A stretch of 64,000 bases of DNA from Nitrospinaceae bacterium. Its GTDB lineage: Bacteria; Nitrospinota; Nitrospinia; Nitrospinales; Nitrospinaceae. Both the position numbers and the translations under genes were made by a program. The stretch is from the NCBI GenBank assembly GCA_965237905.1, contig OZ250172.1:1-64000 (forward strand), written 5' to 3'. Within the stretch, counting starts at the first letter, position 1; each line of letters starts with the position of its first letter. The notes below the pieces were generated by a model that did no database searches, was not told where the DNA came from, and worked only from the letters and a program-made list of their open reading frames with translations. Shown here in pieces: positions 48,412-60,981 of this stretch.

Positions 48412-49291
48412 TCTGGTCGATGAATAAACGGGTCAGGTTCTGGTAGGCATCAACCCGGCGATCCCGCAGAAAAGGCCAGCCTTGCCGGGTTTCCTCGATT
48501 AAGCCGAGATCGCAATCGACGACCAGCACTTCCGGTTTCTTGGAAGAAGCCTCAACAAGGACTTCGCCAAAGGGATCGGACACAAAAGACTTTCCCCAGA
48601 AATTGAGCTGGTCTTCCTGACCCACACGGTTGACCACGACAGTAAAGACACCGTTGGCAATGCTGTGGGCTTTTTGAATGGTTTGCCAGGCCTGCGCCTG
48701 CTTTTCGGCAACGGACTCATCAAAAGCCTGATAACCAATCGCGGTAGGATAAAACAGGATTTGGGCGCCGGATAAAGCCGTCAGACGAGCCGCCTCTGGA
48801 AACCACTGGTCCCAGCAGATTAAGACGCCTATTTTCCCGAAGCGGGTGGGAATGGTTTGGAATCCTGTATCTCCGGGTGTGAAATAAAATTTTTCATAAA
48901 AACCGGGATCGTCTGGGATGTGCATTTTGCGGTAGCGGCCGGCGATGGAGCCGTCGGCATCGAGGACCACCGCCGTGTTGTGATAAATTCCTGTAGACCG
49001 CTTCTCAAACAGAGGAAGAATGAGAACCACTTCCAACTCGGATGCTAATTGAGACATCGCGCGGGTAGAGGGACCGGGTATTTCCTCCGCCCGATTGAAA
49101 TGTTCGTGATCCTCCGTCTGGCAGAAATAGGGCGTTTGAAAAAGTTCCTGCAGGCAGATGATCTGCGCTCCTTGTCCGGCGGCCTTGCGGATCCCCTGTT
49201 CGGCGGTTTTCATGTTAGCCTCCGCGTCTTTCCCGCAGGCCATTTGAACCAGGCCGATTTTTACAATTTCCTTGTTGGTATTGGAGTTCAT
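48401..49291 (-). CDS. aguB: N-carbamoylputrescine amidohydrolase (nitrilase family)
   Basis: LQELF, YRKMHIPDDP, ICWDQWFPE; adjacent to aguA. Confidence 0.9.
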   Translation of the reverse strand: MNSNTNKEIVKIGLVQMACGKDAEANMKTAEQGIRKAAGQGAQIICLQELFQTPYFCQTEDHEHFNRAEEIPGPSTRAMSQLASELEVVLILPLFEKRSTGIYHNTAVVLDADGSIAGRYRKMHIPDDPGFYEKFYFTPGDTGFQTIPTRFGKIGVLICWDQWFPEAARLTALSGAQILFYPTAIGYQAFDESVAEKQAQAWQTIQKAHSIANGVFTVVVNRVGQEDQLNFWGKSFVSDPFGEVLVEASSKKPEVLVVDCDLGLIEETRQGWPFLRDRRVDAYQNLTRLFIDQNET

Positions 49292-49524
49292 AATCTAATA
49301 AAATCACCAAATATCACTGGATGGAATTGGATTGGGAGTATAGGGGAACTTCTTTCTTACGGCAATCAGTTTTCCCTTGCGAACCTTTTGGATCGCAGTT
49401 ACCACCGAATAGGTTTATGTTATAATTCAATAAGTTATGGTATTTTTTAAGTCTTTGGGAATTGTATCGGGCTGGTATAATGGTGTAAAACTCAAACCTT
49501 TATTCAATTAGAATACAAACGACT

Positions 49525-49899
49525 ATGTGGGTTAAACAAGCTTTTCGAGATTATTATAAGCCCAAACTTCGCCGGGAGTTGAAGCGCGACCCGACTCAGG
49601 AGGAATGCGACCAGCGGTTTGAGGAAATTTATAAAGAACTCCGTCTGACCCTCCTGGCCGGGGTTTATGAAGGGGTCTCTCTTTATTTTTACGAGATCGG
49701 CCAGTTCACGCTGGAAGAGTTCAACACCTTCCGGGATCAGACGGAAGCGTATCTCGTGGAGCGGTTCGGCGGTGGCAATTTCAAGTTGAACTTTTACGAA
49801 GGCGATTCCTTCGTGGTCACCGTTAATTTCAAGCCTGAGGGAGAGCCCAAGTGGCATCATCTGCTCCCTGAGAAAGCCAAACCTTTTGTGAATCCCTAA
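49525..49899 (+). CDS. Hypothetical protein coupled to mfd
   Basis: 124-aa ORF whose TAA overlaps the mfd ATG; TATAAT upstream at 49476. Confidence 0.7.
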   Translation: MWVKQAFRDYYKPKLRRELKRDPTQEECDQRFEEIYKELRLTLLAGVYEGVSLYFYEIGQFTLEEFNTFRDQTEAYLVERFGGGNFKLNFYEGDSFVVTVNFKPEGEPKWHHLLPEKAKPFVNP

Positions 49900-52800
49900 T
49901 GAATTCTCCCACCTCTTCGACGTTGCTTCAGAACGATCTGGAAAAAGATCAATGGAACGGCTTATTGGATTCTCTTAAGTCACTGGAACATCCGGTAAGC
50001 GTGGAGGGTTTGCCCGGCGCTTCCAAAGCGTATTTGCTGGCGCAGGCGTGGAAGCATTCCAAACGTCCCCAGGTCGTGATCACCTCGGACCAGATCAGTG
50101 GAGAAACATGGCTTTCCGATTTACGTTATTTTCTCCGTCATGAAAAAGTACGGGTGTCTCCTCAGTTTTTCCCGACCTGGGAATTACTGCCCTATGAACC
50201 GTTATCTCCTTTCAGTGAAGTTTCGGGAGAACGTTTGGCGACCTTGAATGGATTGCTGGAGAATCATTGCCCGATTCTAGTGGTTCCCGTGGAGGCGGCA
50301 TTGCAATATCTGATGCCCCGTTCTTCGCTCCGTAATCTGACTTACGAGGTTCAAAAAGGGCAAACTCTCGATCGGGAAGTGTTCGAAATGTGTCTGGTGG
50401 ACAACGGTTACACCCGCTCTCATTTGGTGGAGGAACGCGGCCAGTTCAGTTCGCGAGGAGACATTCTGGATGTTTTTCAATCGCATCAATCTCATCCCAT
50501 CCGCATCGAGTTTTTTGGCGACGAGGTCGAATCTATCCGGAAGTTCGAGGTCAGTTCCCAAGTGTCCATAGAAGAATGCGATCAGGTGAAAGTTCTTCCG
50601 ATCCGGGAATTGTGCTTGACCGAAAAGGATCTGCAAGGAGGCGTCGAGACTATTCTTCAATACGGCCGGGACCATGAGGTCAATGCTTCCCGCTTCAACG
50701 AACTGGTGGAAAAACTTCGGAACTTAAAAAGTTTTTCCGGAATGGAAATGCTGGCTCCCTTCTTTTTTGAGAAAAAGGAGAGCCTCTTCGATTATCTTCC
50801 TGAAAACACTTTAATCGTTCTGGACGATCTGGAGTTATTAAAGGAAAAGTGCGATCAGTTTGAAGGGTTGGTTCATGAGGAATACCACCGGTGTGTGGAC
50901 CGGGGCGATGTCGCCGCGGAGCCCGATCATCTGTATCTCTCCAGCCAAACGTTTTTGAAGGAAACCCAATCCCGGCCTCAGGTGATTCTCAATACCTTGA
51001 AGCTTTCGGATGATGGAGAAACCTCAAAACGGTTTCAGGTCAAGCCGATTCCTTCATTTCAGGGTAAATTCGATCTGTTTGCGCATCATGCCGGCGAATG
51101 GATCGATAAAGGTTATGAGGTTTCAGTGGCCGCGCCAACCAAGGGGCATGTCCGCCGCATGAATGAGTTGTTGGTGGATAAGGAATTGAACCTCCCGGTA
51201 GAACTCGGTTTTATCAGTCAGGGATTCCAGTTTTCTGGAATGAAAACCATTTTTGTCGCCGAACATGAAATATTCGGCCGGACTCACAAACACCGCCACC
51301 GCCGCAAGTCGCGCTCGACCGTTTTCCAGCGGGGCTTCAAGGATTTGAAGGAGGGAGATTTGTTGGTGCATGTGGATTACGGCATCGGCCAATACACCCG
51401 GACCAAGGAGTTGACGACAGGTATCGGGGGAGGTGAGTTTCTGGAGATATTTTATGCAGACGACCAGAAACTTTACATTCCGATGGATGGGTTGGCTGCC
51501 ATTCAGAAATATATGGGGAGTGGTGAAGAGAATCCTCCTCTGAGTCAGTTGGGGGGTACCCAATGGAAGCGTCAAAAGAAAAAAATAAAAGACTCCTTGA
51601 AAGAACTCGCCGGTGAACTTTTAAAAGTTTACGCATCCCGGGAAATGGCCAAGGGGCACGTGTATTCGCACAATTCGGTTCTGATGCAGGATTTTGCGGA
51701 CTCGTTTGAATATGTCGAGACCGAGGATCAGTTGAAAGCCATTGAAGATGTTATAGAAGACCTGGAACGTGAGAAACCCATGGACCGTTTGATCTGTGGT
51801 GACGTGGGTTACGGTAAAACCGAGGTGGCCATGCGGGCGGCTTTCAGTGCCGTATTGGATAAAAAGCAGGTCGCTGTGCTGGTACCCACTACCATATTGG
51901 CTCAACAGCATTGGCTCACCTTTCAGGAGCGGTTTCATATGCATCCGGTACAAGTGGGAATGGTCAGCCGGTTCCGCACTCCCCGCGAGCAAAAAGAAAC
52001 TCTCAAAAGATTAAAAGAAGGGAAAGTGGATATTCTCGTCGGGACCCATCGCCTGCTGTCCAAGGACGTGCAGTTCGCTGACCTGGGTTTGGTGATCATT
52101 GATGAGGAACAGCGATTTGGGGTCAAGCACAAGGAACGACTGAAGGAGTTGAGAACTTCGGTGGACGTACTCACCCTGAGTGCTACTCCGATTCCCCGAA
52201 CCCTTCACTTTTCACTGATGGGTGTGCGGGATTTGAGTGTGATCGAAACCCCGCCGAGCGACCGTTTATCGATTAAAACGTATGTTCGGAAATTTGATGA
52301 AGAACTTATTCGCGAAGCCATTCTGCGGGAAAAGGATCGTGGTGGACAGGTGTACTTCGTGCACAACAAGGTTCAAAATATTCATTCGATCGCCGCATTG
52401 CTCAAGAAGATTGTTCCCGAGGTTACTTTGGGAATCGCTCACGGTCAGCTTCAGGAAAGAATGCTGGAAAAGGTTATGAGGCAATTCATCGAAAAGGAAA
52501 TCGATCTTTTATTATGCACCTCCATCATTGAGTCGGGCCTGGATATTCCTTCCGCCAACACCATCATCATCAACCGGGCCGACCAGTTTGGCCTGGCGCA
52601 ACTGTATCAGCTTAGAGGCAGGGTGGGGCGTTACAAGCATCAGGCGTATGCCTATCTTCTTATTCCGGGAGCGTTGGCCATCAGCGAAGATGCGCGCAAA
52701 CGTTTGTCCGCCATTGAGGAAATGAGCGATCTGGGAGCCGGCTTCGAACTGGCCGCCCGGGATATGGAAATTCGCGGCACCGGTAACATGCTGGGCCATA

Positions 52801-53342
52801 ATCAATCGGGCCATATTTCCGCCATCGGATTCGATTTGTATTGTAAAATGATGGAGGAAACGATTCGGGAAATGAAAGGGCAGAAAATTGAGTCCAAAAT
52901 TGAACCCGAAATCAACTTGGAAATTAAAGGCTACGTTCCCAAAGATTATGTTTCCGATTTGAATCAAAGGCTGGAAATCTACCGTCGACTGCAACTTCTG
53001 GATGGGTTTGAAGAGTTGGAAACCCTTAAAGTTGAATTGACGGATCGATACGGCAATTTCCCGGAAGAGGTGGAAAAATTACTGGTACTGCTGGAAGTTA
53101 AATTATACTGTCAAAGGCTGGATATTTCCAAAATCCAATTGAGACACAACGAAATCACTTTGACCATCGATTCTTCCACCCGCCTGTTAACTCATAAATT
53201 AATGGAAATTCTTGACTCAAGAATACGACTGATTTCTGAATATCATCTTGTTTTGAAATTAAAAAATAAGGGCTGGAAAGAGGATTCGGGATTGATTTGC
53301 TCCTATTTGAAAAAACTAATGGATTGCCTGGATGAAGACTGA
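49899..53342 (+). CDS. mfd: Transcription-repair coupling factor
   Basis: RGDILD, VHVDYGIG, CGDVGYGKTE, DEEQRFGV, SATPIPRT, QLRGRVGR, DMEIRG.G. Confidence 0.97.
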   Translation: MNSPTSSTLLQNDLEKDQWNGLLDSLKSLEHPVSVEGLPGASKAYLLAQAWKHSKRPQVVITSDQISGETWLSDLRYFLRHEKVRVSPQFFPTWELLPYEPLSPFSEVSGERLATLNGLLENHCPILVVPVEAALQYLMPRSSLRNLTYEVQKGQTLDREVFEMCLVDNGYTRSHLVEERGQFSSRGDILDVFQSHQSHPIRIEFFGDEVESIRKFEVSSQVSIEECDQVKVLPIRELCLTEKDLQGGVETILQYGRDHEVNASRFNELVEKLRNLKSFSGMEMLAPFFFEKKESLFDYLPENTLIVLDDLELLKEKCDQFEGLVHEEYHRCVDRGDVAAEPDHLYLSSQTFLKETQSRPQVILNTLKLSDDGETSKRFQVKPIPSFQGKFDLFAHHAGEWIDKGYEVSVAAPTKGHVRRMNELLVDKELNLPVELGFISQGFQFSGMKTIFVAEHEIFGRTHKHRHRRKSRSTVFQRGFKDLKEGDLLVHVDYGIGQYTRTKELTTGIGGGEFLEIFYADDQKLYIPMDGLAAIQKYMGSGEENPPLSQLGGTQWKRQKKKIKDSLKELAGELLKVYASREMAKGHVYSHNSVLMQDFADSFEYVETEDQLKAIEDVIEDLEREKPMDRLICGDVGYGKTEVAMRAAFSAVLDKKQVAVLVPTTILAQQHWLTFQERFHMHPVQVGMVSRFRTPREQKETLKRLKEGKVDILVGTHRLLSKDVQFADLGLVIIDEEQRFGVKHKERLKELRTSVDVLTLSATPIPRTLHFSLMGVRDLSVIETPPSDRLSIKTYVRKFDEELIREAILREKDRGGQVYFVHNKVQNIHSIAALLKKIVPEVTLGIAHGQLQERMLEKVMRQFIEKEIDLLLCTSIIESGLDIPSANTIIINRADQFGLAQLYQLRGRVGRYKHQAYAYLLIPGALAISEDARKRLSAIEEMSDLGAGFELAARDMEIRGTGNMLGHNQSGHISAIGFDLYCKMMEETIREMKGQKIESKIEPEINLEIKGYVPKDYVSDLNQRLEIYRRLQLLDGFEELETLKVELTDRYGNFPEEVEKLLVLLEVKLYCQRLDISKIQLRHNEITLTIDSSTRLLTHKLMEILDSRIRLISEYHLVLKLKNKGWKEDSGLICSYLKKLMDCLDED

Positions 53343-54318
53343 ACTTATGAAGAAGGAAAGTATAAAAACTGTTTTAAGGTTTTGCCTGATTTTTTTCGTT
53401 ACCAATTTGTTGGTGGGATGTGGTTCCAGTGAAACCGAAGAGCAGGAGAATTGGGCTGATGTGGTGGCGACGGTCAACAAGGAAGTCATCACGCGCGAAG
53501 ATTTTCAGAACGAACTGAAATGGTCGAAAAGAAAATACCGGGTTGAGAAAAATGACACCTTGGAACCTAATCAGAAGGTTTGGTTAAAGACCAGTATCCT
53601 TAATGAATTAATTCAAGACAGCTTGTTGCGTCAGGAAGCCATTGAACAAGGCGTCAAGGTTTCTTCCGGGGAATTTGAGAAATATTTGGATCAATCGAAA
53701 GAAGGTTACAAAGAGAATACTTTTCAGCGGGCTTTGGACATAGAGGAAATTTCCAGGTCGCAATGGGAAGATAAATTGAAGACCCATCTGCTGATCAGAA
53801 AATTGATCGAAGAGGTGATCAACCGCAAGATTGAAATTAAGGAAGAGGAGTTATTAGCTTACTTCAAGCAGCATATGGAGGAATTTCAAAAAGGCGAACA
53901 GATCCGTACTCTTCATATCATGGTTGAAACCGAGGATGAGGCCAGAAGAATTTCAAAGCTGATCCGCAAGGGGAAATCGTTTGCTGAATTGGCTAAACAG
54001 CACTCGAGGAATCCGGAAGGCAAAGCGGGTGAGGATACAGGGTATTATGAGGCTGGACAAATGCCCAAGTGGTTTGATGATGTTTTCAAGCTCAAAGTCA
54101 ATAAAGTGAGCGATATCATTCGGACCCCCTATGGTATTTATATCTTCAAGGTTGTGGATAAGAAGCCGGAGCGAAAGATGAGCTTTGAAGAATCCAAAAA
54201 ACAAATTCACACTGAACTGTTGCGAGAAGCCCAGGAACAGGCTTTTCACAAGTGGGTGGAAGAAATTAAAAATAAATCGGAAATTATTATAAAGTATGAA
54301 GTATTGGAAACAATTTAA
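53332..54318 (+). CDS. Parvulin-type PPIase lipoprotein (PrsA/SurA-like)
   Basis: Lipobox LLVGC; VATVN; HIMV...FAELAKQHS...VSDIIRTPYG. Confidence 0.85.
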   Translation: MKTELMKKESIKTVLRFCLIFFVTNLLVGCGSSETEEQENWADVVATVNKEVITREDFQNELKWSKRKYRVEKNDTLEPNQKVWLKTSILNELIQDSLLRQEAIEQGVKVSSGEFEKYLDQSKEGYKENTFQRALDIEEISRSQWEDKLKTHLLIRKLIEEVINRKIEIKEEELLAYFKQHMEEFQKGEQIRTLHIMVETEDEARRISKLIRKGKSFAELAKQHSRNPEGKAGEDTGYYEAGQMPKWFDDVFKLKVNKVSDIIRTPYGIYIFKVVDKKPERKMSFEESKKQIHTELLREAQEQAFHKWVEEIKNKSEIIIKYEVLETI

Positions 54319-55549
54319 TATTTCGTTGTGTTGCGGCCTTTTAGGTTTGGTTTGGGCGGTTTTTCCTGTGATTCCGGGATGGGCCAAAACCGTTGATCGC
54401 ATTATTGCCAAAGTGAATGCAACAATCATCACGCAGAGCGAGCTGGAGGAAAGGGTCGTTGTGAGGATGATGAGTCTCCAAAAAAATAATGTACAACCCA
54501 TGCCTTCCAAGGCAGAGGTGATGTATGAAGAGTTGGAGCGCATGATTGAGGAAAGACTTTTAATCGATGCGGCGGGAAAACTCAAGTTGGGGGTGGATGA
54601 GGACAGTGTGACCAAAGCCATTGATGAAATCAAACGCACCAATGGCCTTAACGACGGCGATCTGGAGAAGATGCTTCAGGCGGAATCCAAATCCCTGGAA
54701 GAATACAAAAATAAAATCCGCGACCAAATACTAATAAGTAGAGTGGTGGGCTTTGAAGTCCGCAAGCGAGTTACTGTAAGCAAAGAGGAAATCAAAAAAT
54801 ATTATAACCAGCATCTTAAGGACTATTGGACCGCCGAGAAGCTTCAGTTGCGGCATATCTTGTTTTTAATGGATGACACGCTGTTGGAAGAGGACAGGCG
54901 TATTAAAAAACAAAAAGCTCAACTGGCGTTACGAAAAATTCGAGCGGGCGCGGATTTTATTGCAGTTGCCAAGGAGTTTTCTGAGGATATTTCTGCCAGT
55001 ACAGGGGGAGATCTGGGTGAAATTGAACGCGGTAAAATGGTGCCTGAGTTTGAAAAGGCTGCTTTCCTGCTAAAGGAGGGAGAGGTTAGCGGCTTGGTTG
55101 AAACTCCCTATGGATTGCATATTATTAAAGTCGATAAAATTATTCCGGGCCAGACACTTCCTTTGGATAAGGTTCAGGGTCAAATTGAAAAGCGGTTTAT
55201 GGATCAAAAGTTGAAGGCTGAATATGAGACGTATTTGTCTGAGCTGAAGCAAAAGGCATTTATTGAAAATAAAATACCGCCACCTCCGCAATCGGTTGTG
55301 AAACAGACCAAAAAAACTGCGCCTGTGAAAACTTTAAAACCTTCTCTCAACCGAAGGGAAGAGTTGGCCGATATTCCTCCCTCCCAGAAAAAGAAGGTTT
55401 CCAGCCGGCAGTTGGCTCAGGAACAGGAATTTCCCAGGTTTCAAACGTTTGAGGAAAAACTGCGATACTATAAACAATTAAGAAACAACGATAAAATTTC
55501 AGAAGGGGAATATCAAAGTAAGAAACGTGAGCTTTTAAATCGATTTTAA
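54296..55549 (+). CDS. SurA-like PPIase with C-terminal SHOCT-like extension
   Basis: VDRIIAKVN..IITQSE; RHIL...F..VAKEFSED...GGDLG...ETPYGLHIIK. Confidence 0.85.
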   Translation: MKYWKQFNISLCCGLLGLVWAVFPVIPGWAKTVDRIIAKVNATIITQSELEERVVVRMMSLQKNNVQPMPSKAEVMYEELERMIEERLLIDAAGKLKLGVDEDSVTKAIDEIKRTNGLNDGDLEKMLQAESKSLEEYKNKIRDQILISRVVGFEVRKRVTVSKEEIKKYYNQHLKDYWTAEKLQLRHILFLMDDTLLEEDRRIKKQKAQLALRKIRAGADFIAVAKEFSEDISASTGGDLGEIERGKMVPEFEKAAFLLKEGEVSGLVETPYGLHIIKVDKIIPGQTLPLDKVQGQIEKRFMDQKLKAEYETYLSELKQKAFIENKIPPPPQSVVKQTKKTAPVKTLKPSLNRREELADIPPSQKKKVSSRQLAQEQEFPRFQTFEEKLRYYKQLRNNDKISEGEYQSKKRELLNRF

Positions 55550-55631
55550 TTCATCCTCCTAACTGGCTCGACCACCTGCCCTTGGATTTCCCCTTCCTTA
55601 TTTGACATGATTGCTTTCGGTTGACTCCACA

Positions 55632-57056
55632 ATGGATCCTCTGGTTTTAAAAATTAAAAAAACTCTTGTGGACCATAAAATGGTCGAACCAGGGGATACT
55701 ATTTTGCTGGGAGTTTCTGGTGGACCGGATTCGGTCGCCTTGTTGCGAGGGCTGTTCGAATTGAAACAGGAGCTAAACCTTGAGTTGGCGATAGCCCATT
55801 TAAACCATAGTGCGCGCGGAAAAGAATCTGATCGCGATGCCCGGTTTGTAAAAGATATGGGTGAAGCGCTTCAAATTAAAACGTTCATTGAAAAAATGGA
55901 TGTGGCGGCAAAACAGGCGGCTTCTAAAAACTCTTTTCAGGAGACCGCACGGCATCTCCGTCTGGAATTTTTTCAAAGGACGATGGATCAGATGGGTGCC
56001 AACAAGATCGCTCTCGGGCATACTTCGGATGATCAGGCGGAAACGGTTTTGATAAATCTGTTGCGTGGCAGTGGCCTTAAAGGAGTAGGGGGGATGAGTC
56101 CCGTCCGCCACCCTTACATCCGGCCTTTATTCTATTGCTCCCGGTCGGAGGTTGTTGGTTTTTTGAATGATCAAAAAATTCCTTACTGCCAGGATTCTTC
56201 CAATGAAAAAACAGATTATTTGCGTAATCGTATTCGTCTGGAATTGATTCCCTTTTTGCAGGAGAGATATAACCCCAGGATCACGGAGAACCTTTTTGAA
56301 GCGTCCGGGATTTTCAGGGCCGATAACGATTACCTGAAAACTTTGGAAGATCATGAATTCGATCGTGCCGTTTCAAAGTCTGGAGAAAGCGAAACGCTGA
56401 ATATGGATATTGAATATTTCACGGCGCTTCCTCTCGCTCTTAAACGGCGGCTGGTCCGGAAAGGAATAGAGAGTATTCAAGGGGACCTGAGGAGAATTTC
56501 TTTTTTTCATATCCAGGAAGTACTCCGCTTATTTGAAAAAGCTCAGAAGGGTAAAAGAATCGATCTGCCCGGCGATCTGGAAGTTTTGTGCCTGGGAGAC
56601 CGCGTAGAGTTTAAAAGAATCCATGAATCTGACCCCAGCATCTTATCTGATGAAAGCAAGGCATCCGATTGGCTGAGGCCTCTGAATATTCCAGGGGAAA
56701 CCCAGGTTGAAAAAGCCGGTTTAACATTGAAAGCCGAAATTATTGATCCGGTTGAAACAGGATTTCCCGCTGGGCAAGCCAATCAGGCTTTTCTGGATTT
56801 TGATAAAACCGGCGATGATATAATGGTCCGTTTCTTTCAGGCAGGGGATCGATTGAAGCCTTTGGGAATGAAGGGCACCAAAAAATTGAAATCACTTTTT
56901 ATCGATGAAAAGGTGCCTCAGGAAATTCGATCTACCGTACCCATCTTGACAACCGGAGATAATAATATTATTTGGGTATATGGAACGAGGATAGCCCATG
57001 CTTATCGGGTGACTTCGGAGACCAATAAGGTATTGTTTATTAAGGGGTTATCTTGA
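55632..57056 (+). CDS. tilS: tRNA(Ile)-lysidine synthetase
   Basis: SGGPDS, HLNH, GHTSDDQAET, DSSN...RNRIR; upstream of ftsH. Confidence 0.96.
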   Translation: MDPLVLKIKKTLVDHKMVEPGDTILLGVSGGPDSVALLRGLFELKQELNLELAIAHLNHSARGKESDRDARFVKDMGEALQIKTFIEKMDVAAKQAASKNSFQETARHLRLEFFQRTMDQMGANKIALGHTSDDQAETVLINLLRGSGLKGVGGMSPVRHPYIRPLFYCSRSEVVGFLNDQKIPYCQDSSNEKTDYLRNRIRLELIPFLQERYNPRITENLFEASGIFRADNDYLKTLEDHEFDRAVSKSGESETLNMDIEYFTALPLALKRRLVRKGIESIQGDLRRISFFHIQEVLRLFEKAQKGKRIDLPGDLEVLCLGDRVEFKRIHESDPSILSDESKASDWLRPLNIPGETQVEKAGLTLKAEIIDPVETGFPAGQANQAFLDFDKTGDDIMVRFFQAGDRLKPLGMKGTKKLKSLFIDEKVPQEIRSTVPILTTGDNNIIWVYGTRIAHAYRVTSETNKVLFIKGLS

Positions 57057-57173
57057 TTTTTTGGGGTATGACGGGCTGAAAGAAAGGGCCCTTTACCCAG
57101 GGAAATATGCTACTATTAGTTTCGATATACTCAGAATGTGGGGTTTCCCCATCCGCCGATAAAGGAGAAGATT

Positions 57174-59117
<1,944 letters not shown>

Positions 59118-59150
59118 AAGATGCTTTCTCTATTCGCTTAAAGTAATTCA

Positions 59151-59191
59151 AAAGCTCCACTCCTGAATCGATCAGGAATGGGGCTTTTTTT
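59151..59191 (+). terminator. Intrinsic terminator after ftsH
   Basis: AAAGCTCCACTCCTGA..TCAGGAATGGGGCTTTTTTT. Confidence 0.75.
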
Positions 59192-59215
59192 CATCCCAAC
59201 CTTATTGAGTTCGCA

Positions 59216-60052
59216 ATGTCGTCTTCTTTAAACCGGAAAGATAGTTTTGAGTCTCCCAAAATCATGGGGATCATCAACCTGTCTCCCGATTCGTTTTATC
59301 CGGGCAGCCGGGTACCATCGGTTTCTGCCGCATTCCAAGTTGCCGAACGCATGATTGAGGAAGGAGCGGATTATCTGGATGTGGGGGCGGAATCCTCGCG
59401 CCCCGGAGCCAAGCCCATATCCGAAGAAGAAGAGCTTTCCATAATCCTCCCGGTCATTTCGCAATTGTATCAAAAGTTTTCTATTCCGGTTTCAGTGGAT
59501 ACCTATAAGCCGGGCGTCGCGCAAAGAGTTTTGGAAGCGGGCGCCGCCATCATCAACGACATCACCGGGCTCCGGTATCCCGAAATGGCGCCCATCATCG
59601 CCGAATATGATGCGGGGGTGGTGATCATGCATATGCAGGGTTCTCCTGAGAACATGCAGGAAGATATTCATTACGACGATTGCGTGGGCGAGGTCAAACA
59701 ATTTTTGGAACAGGGGATTCGAACTGCTGAAGCGGCGGGCATCGCCTCCGATCGAATTTGGGTCGACCCGGGAATCGGATTCGGCAAAACGATCCGGCAT
59801 AACCTGGAAATTCTGGCGCATCTGGATGCTTTCGCTTCCTTGCAGAAACCGCTATTACTAGGCGCATCCCGCAAATCATTTATCGGGAAGATTTTGGATC
59901 TACCGGTCGCCGAAAGACTGGAAGGGTCTCTGGCTACCGCCGTGATTGGAATGATCAAAGGCGCGCGGATTTTACGTGTTCATGACGTCCGGGAAACGTA
60001 CCGCACCGTCAGACTTGTCAGCGAAATTTTAAAAGTCCAATATGGAAAATAA
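59216..60052 (+). CDS. folP: Dihydropteroate synthase
   Basis: MGIINLSPDSF, GAESSRPG, SVDT, DPGIGFGK, GASRK, RVHDV. Confidence 0.96.
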   Translation: MSSSLNRKDSFESPKIMGIINLSPDSFYPGSRVPSVSAAFQVAERMIEEGADYLDVGAESSRPGAKPISEEEELSIILPVISQLYQKFSIPVSVDTYKPGVAQRVLEAGAAIINDITGLRYPEMAPIIAEYDAGVVIMHMQGSPENMQEDIHYDDCVGEVKQFLEQGIRTAEAAGIASDRIWVDPGIGFGKTIRHNLEILAHLDAFASLQKPLLLGASRKSFIGKILDLPVAERLEGSLATAVIGMIKGARILRVHDVRETYRTVRLVSEILKVQYGK

Positions 60053-60788
60053 GATTCGTTTGTTCGTCAATGTCGATCACGTCGCCACCCTCCGGGAGGC
60101 CCGAAAAACGGTGGAGCCGGATCCTCTGACGGCTGCTCTCCTGGCTGAAAAAGCCGGGGCCGACGGCATCACCGTTCATTTGCGTGAAGACCGTCGGCAT
60201 ATCCAGGATCATGATGTGTCACGCATCGGGGAAAAAATCAAAACCGTCCTCAATCTGGAAATGGCGGCCATCGAAGAGATGGTTGAGATCGCTCTCAAGA
60301 CAAAACCTTATCAGGTATCCCTGGTTCCCGAAAAACGGCAGGAAATCACTACCGAGGGTGGATTGGATGTCATTTCCAAAAAAGAGCATCTAAAGAAAAT
60401 TAGAGAACAGATTCAGTCGCAGGGGATTCGTTCCAGTCTATTTGTCGATCCCGATCCCCGACAGATTGATGCCTCCCGGGAAGTGGGAGCGGAGAGTATC
60501 GAAATCAACACCGGATTGTATAGCGAGTTGAGTGATGATGCCGCTGTGCAACAGGAATTGGATAAGATACGAAATGCCGCCCGCCACGCCAGGGAGCAGG
60601 GCTTACGCGTGTTTGCGGGGCATGGGCTCACCGATGAAAACGTAGTCGCTATCGCCGGAATTCCAGAAATCGAGGAATTGAACATCGGGCACAGCCTGGT
60701 ATCCCACTCTGTCTATTACGGCCTGGAGCAAGCGGTTAAAAATATGATGCGAGCCATTCAGAAGGGGATTACCCAGCGGCCCCACTGA
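60042..60788 (+). CDS. pdxJ: Pyridoxine 5'-phosphate synthase
   Basis: VNVDHVATLREAR, HLREDRRH, LNLEMA, TTEGG, AGHGL, LNIGH. Confidence 0.97.
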   Translation: MENKIRLFVNVDHVATLREARKTVEPDPLTAALLAEKAGADGITVHLREDRRHIQDHDVSRIGEKIKTVLNLEMAAIEEMVEIALKTKPYQVSLVPEKRQEITTEGGLDVISKKEHLKKIREQIQSQGIRSSLFVDPDPRQIDASREVGAESIEINTGLYSELSDDAAVQQELDKIRNAARHAREQGLRVFAGHGLTDENVVAIAGIPEIEELNIGHSLVSHSVYYGLEQAVKNMMRAIQKGITQRPH

Positions 60789-60814
60789 CTCGATGCATTT
60801 CCAGACTGGAATGG

Positions 60815-60843
60815 TTGACTTGCCGCTGTAATTTCTTCATAAT
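60815..60843 (+). promoter_or_regulatory. sigma70 promoter of gap
   Basis: TTGACT-17-CATAAT. Confidence 0.65.
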
Positions 60844-60981
60844 TCTGCTCCTTCCAGTTTTCAGGATTCCTGGTTGAGGTCTCGTCAAAATTCCATTGAA
60901 CCGATCCGTGTTTAAAGAGAAAATGAGCCGTCGAGCAGTTTTATTTATGATGTAGTAGATGATATGGGTTAAGGAGGATCA

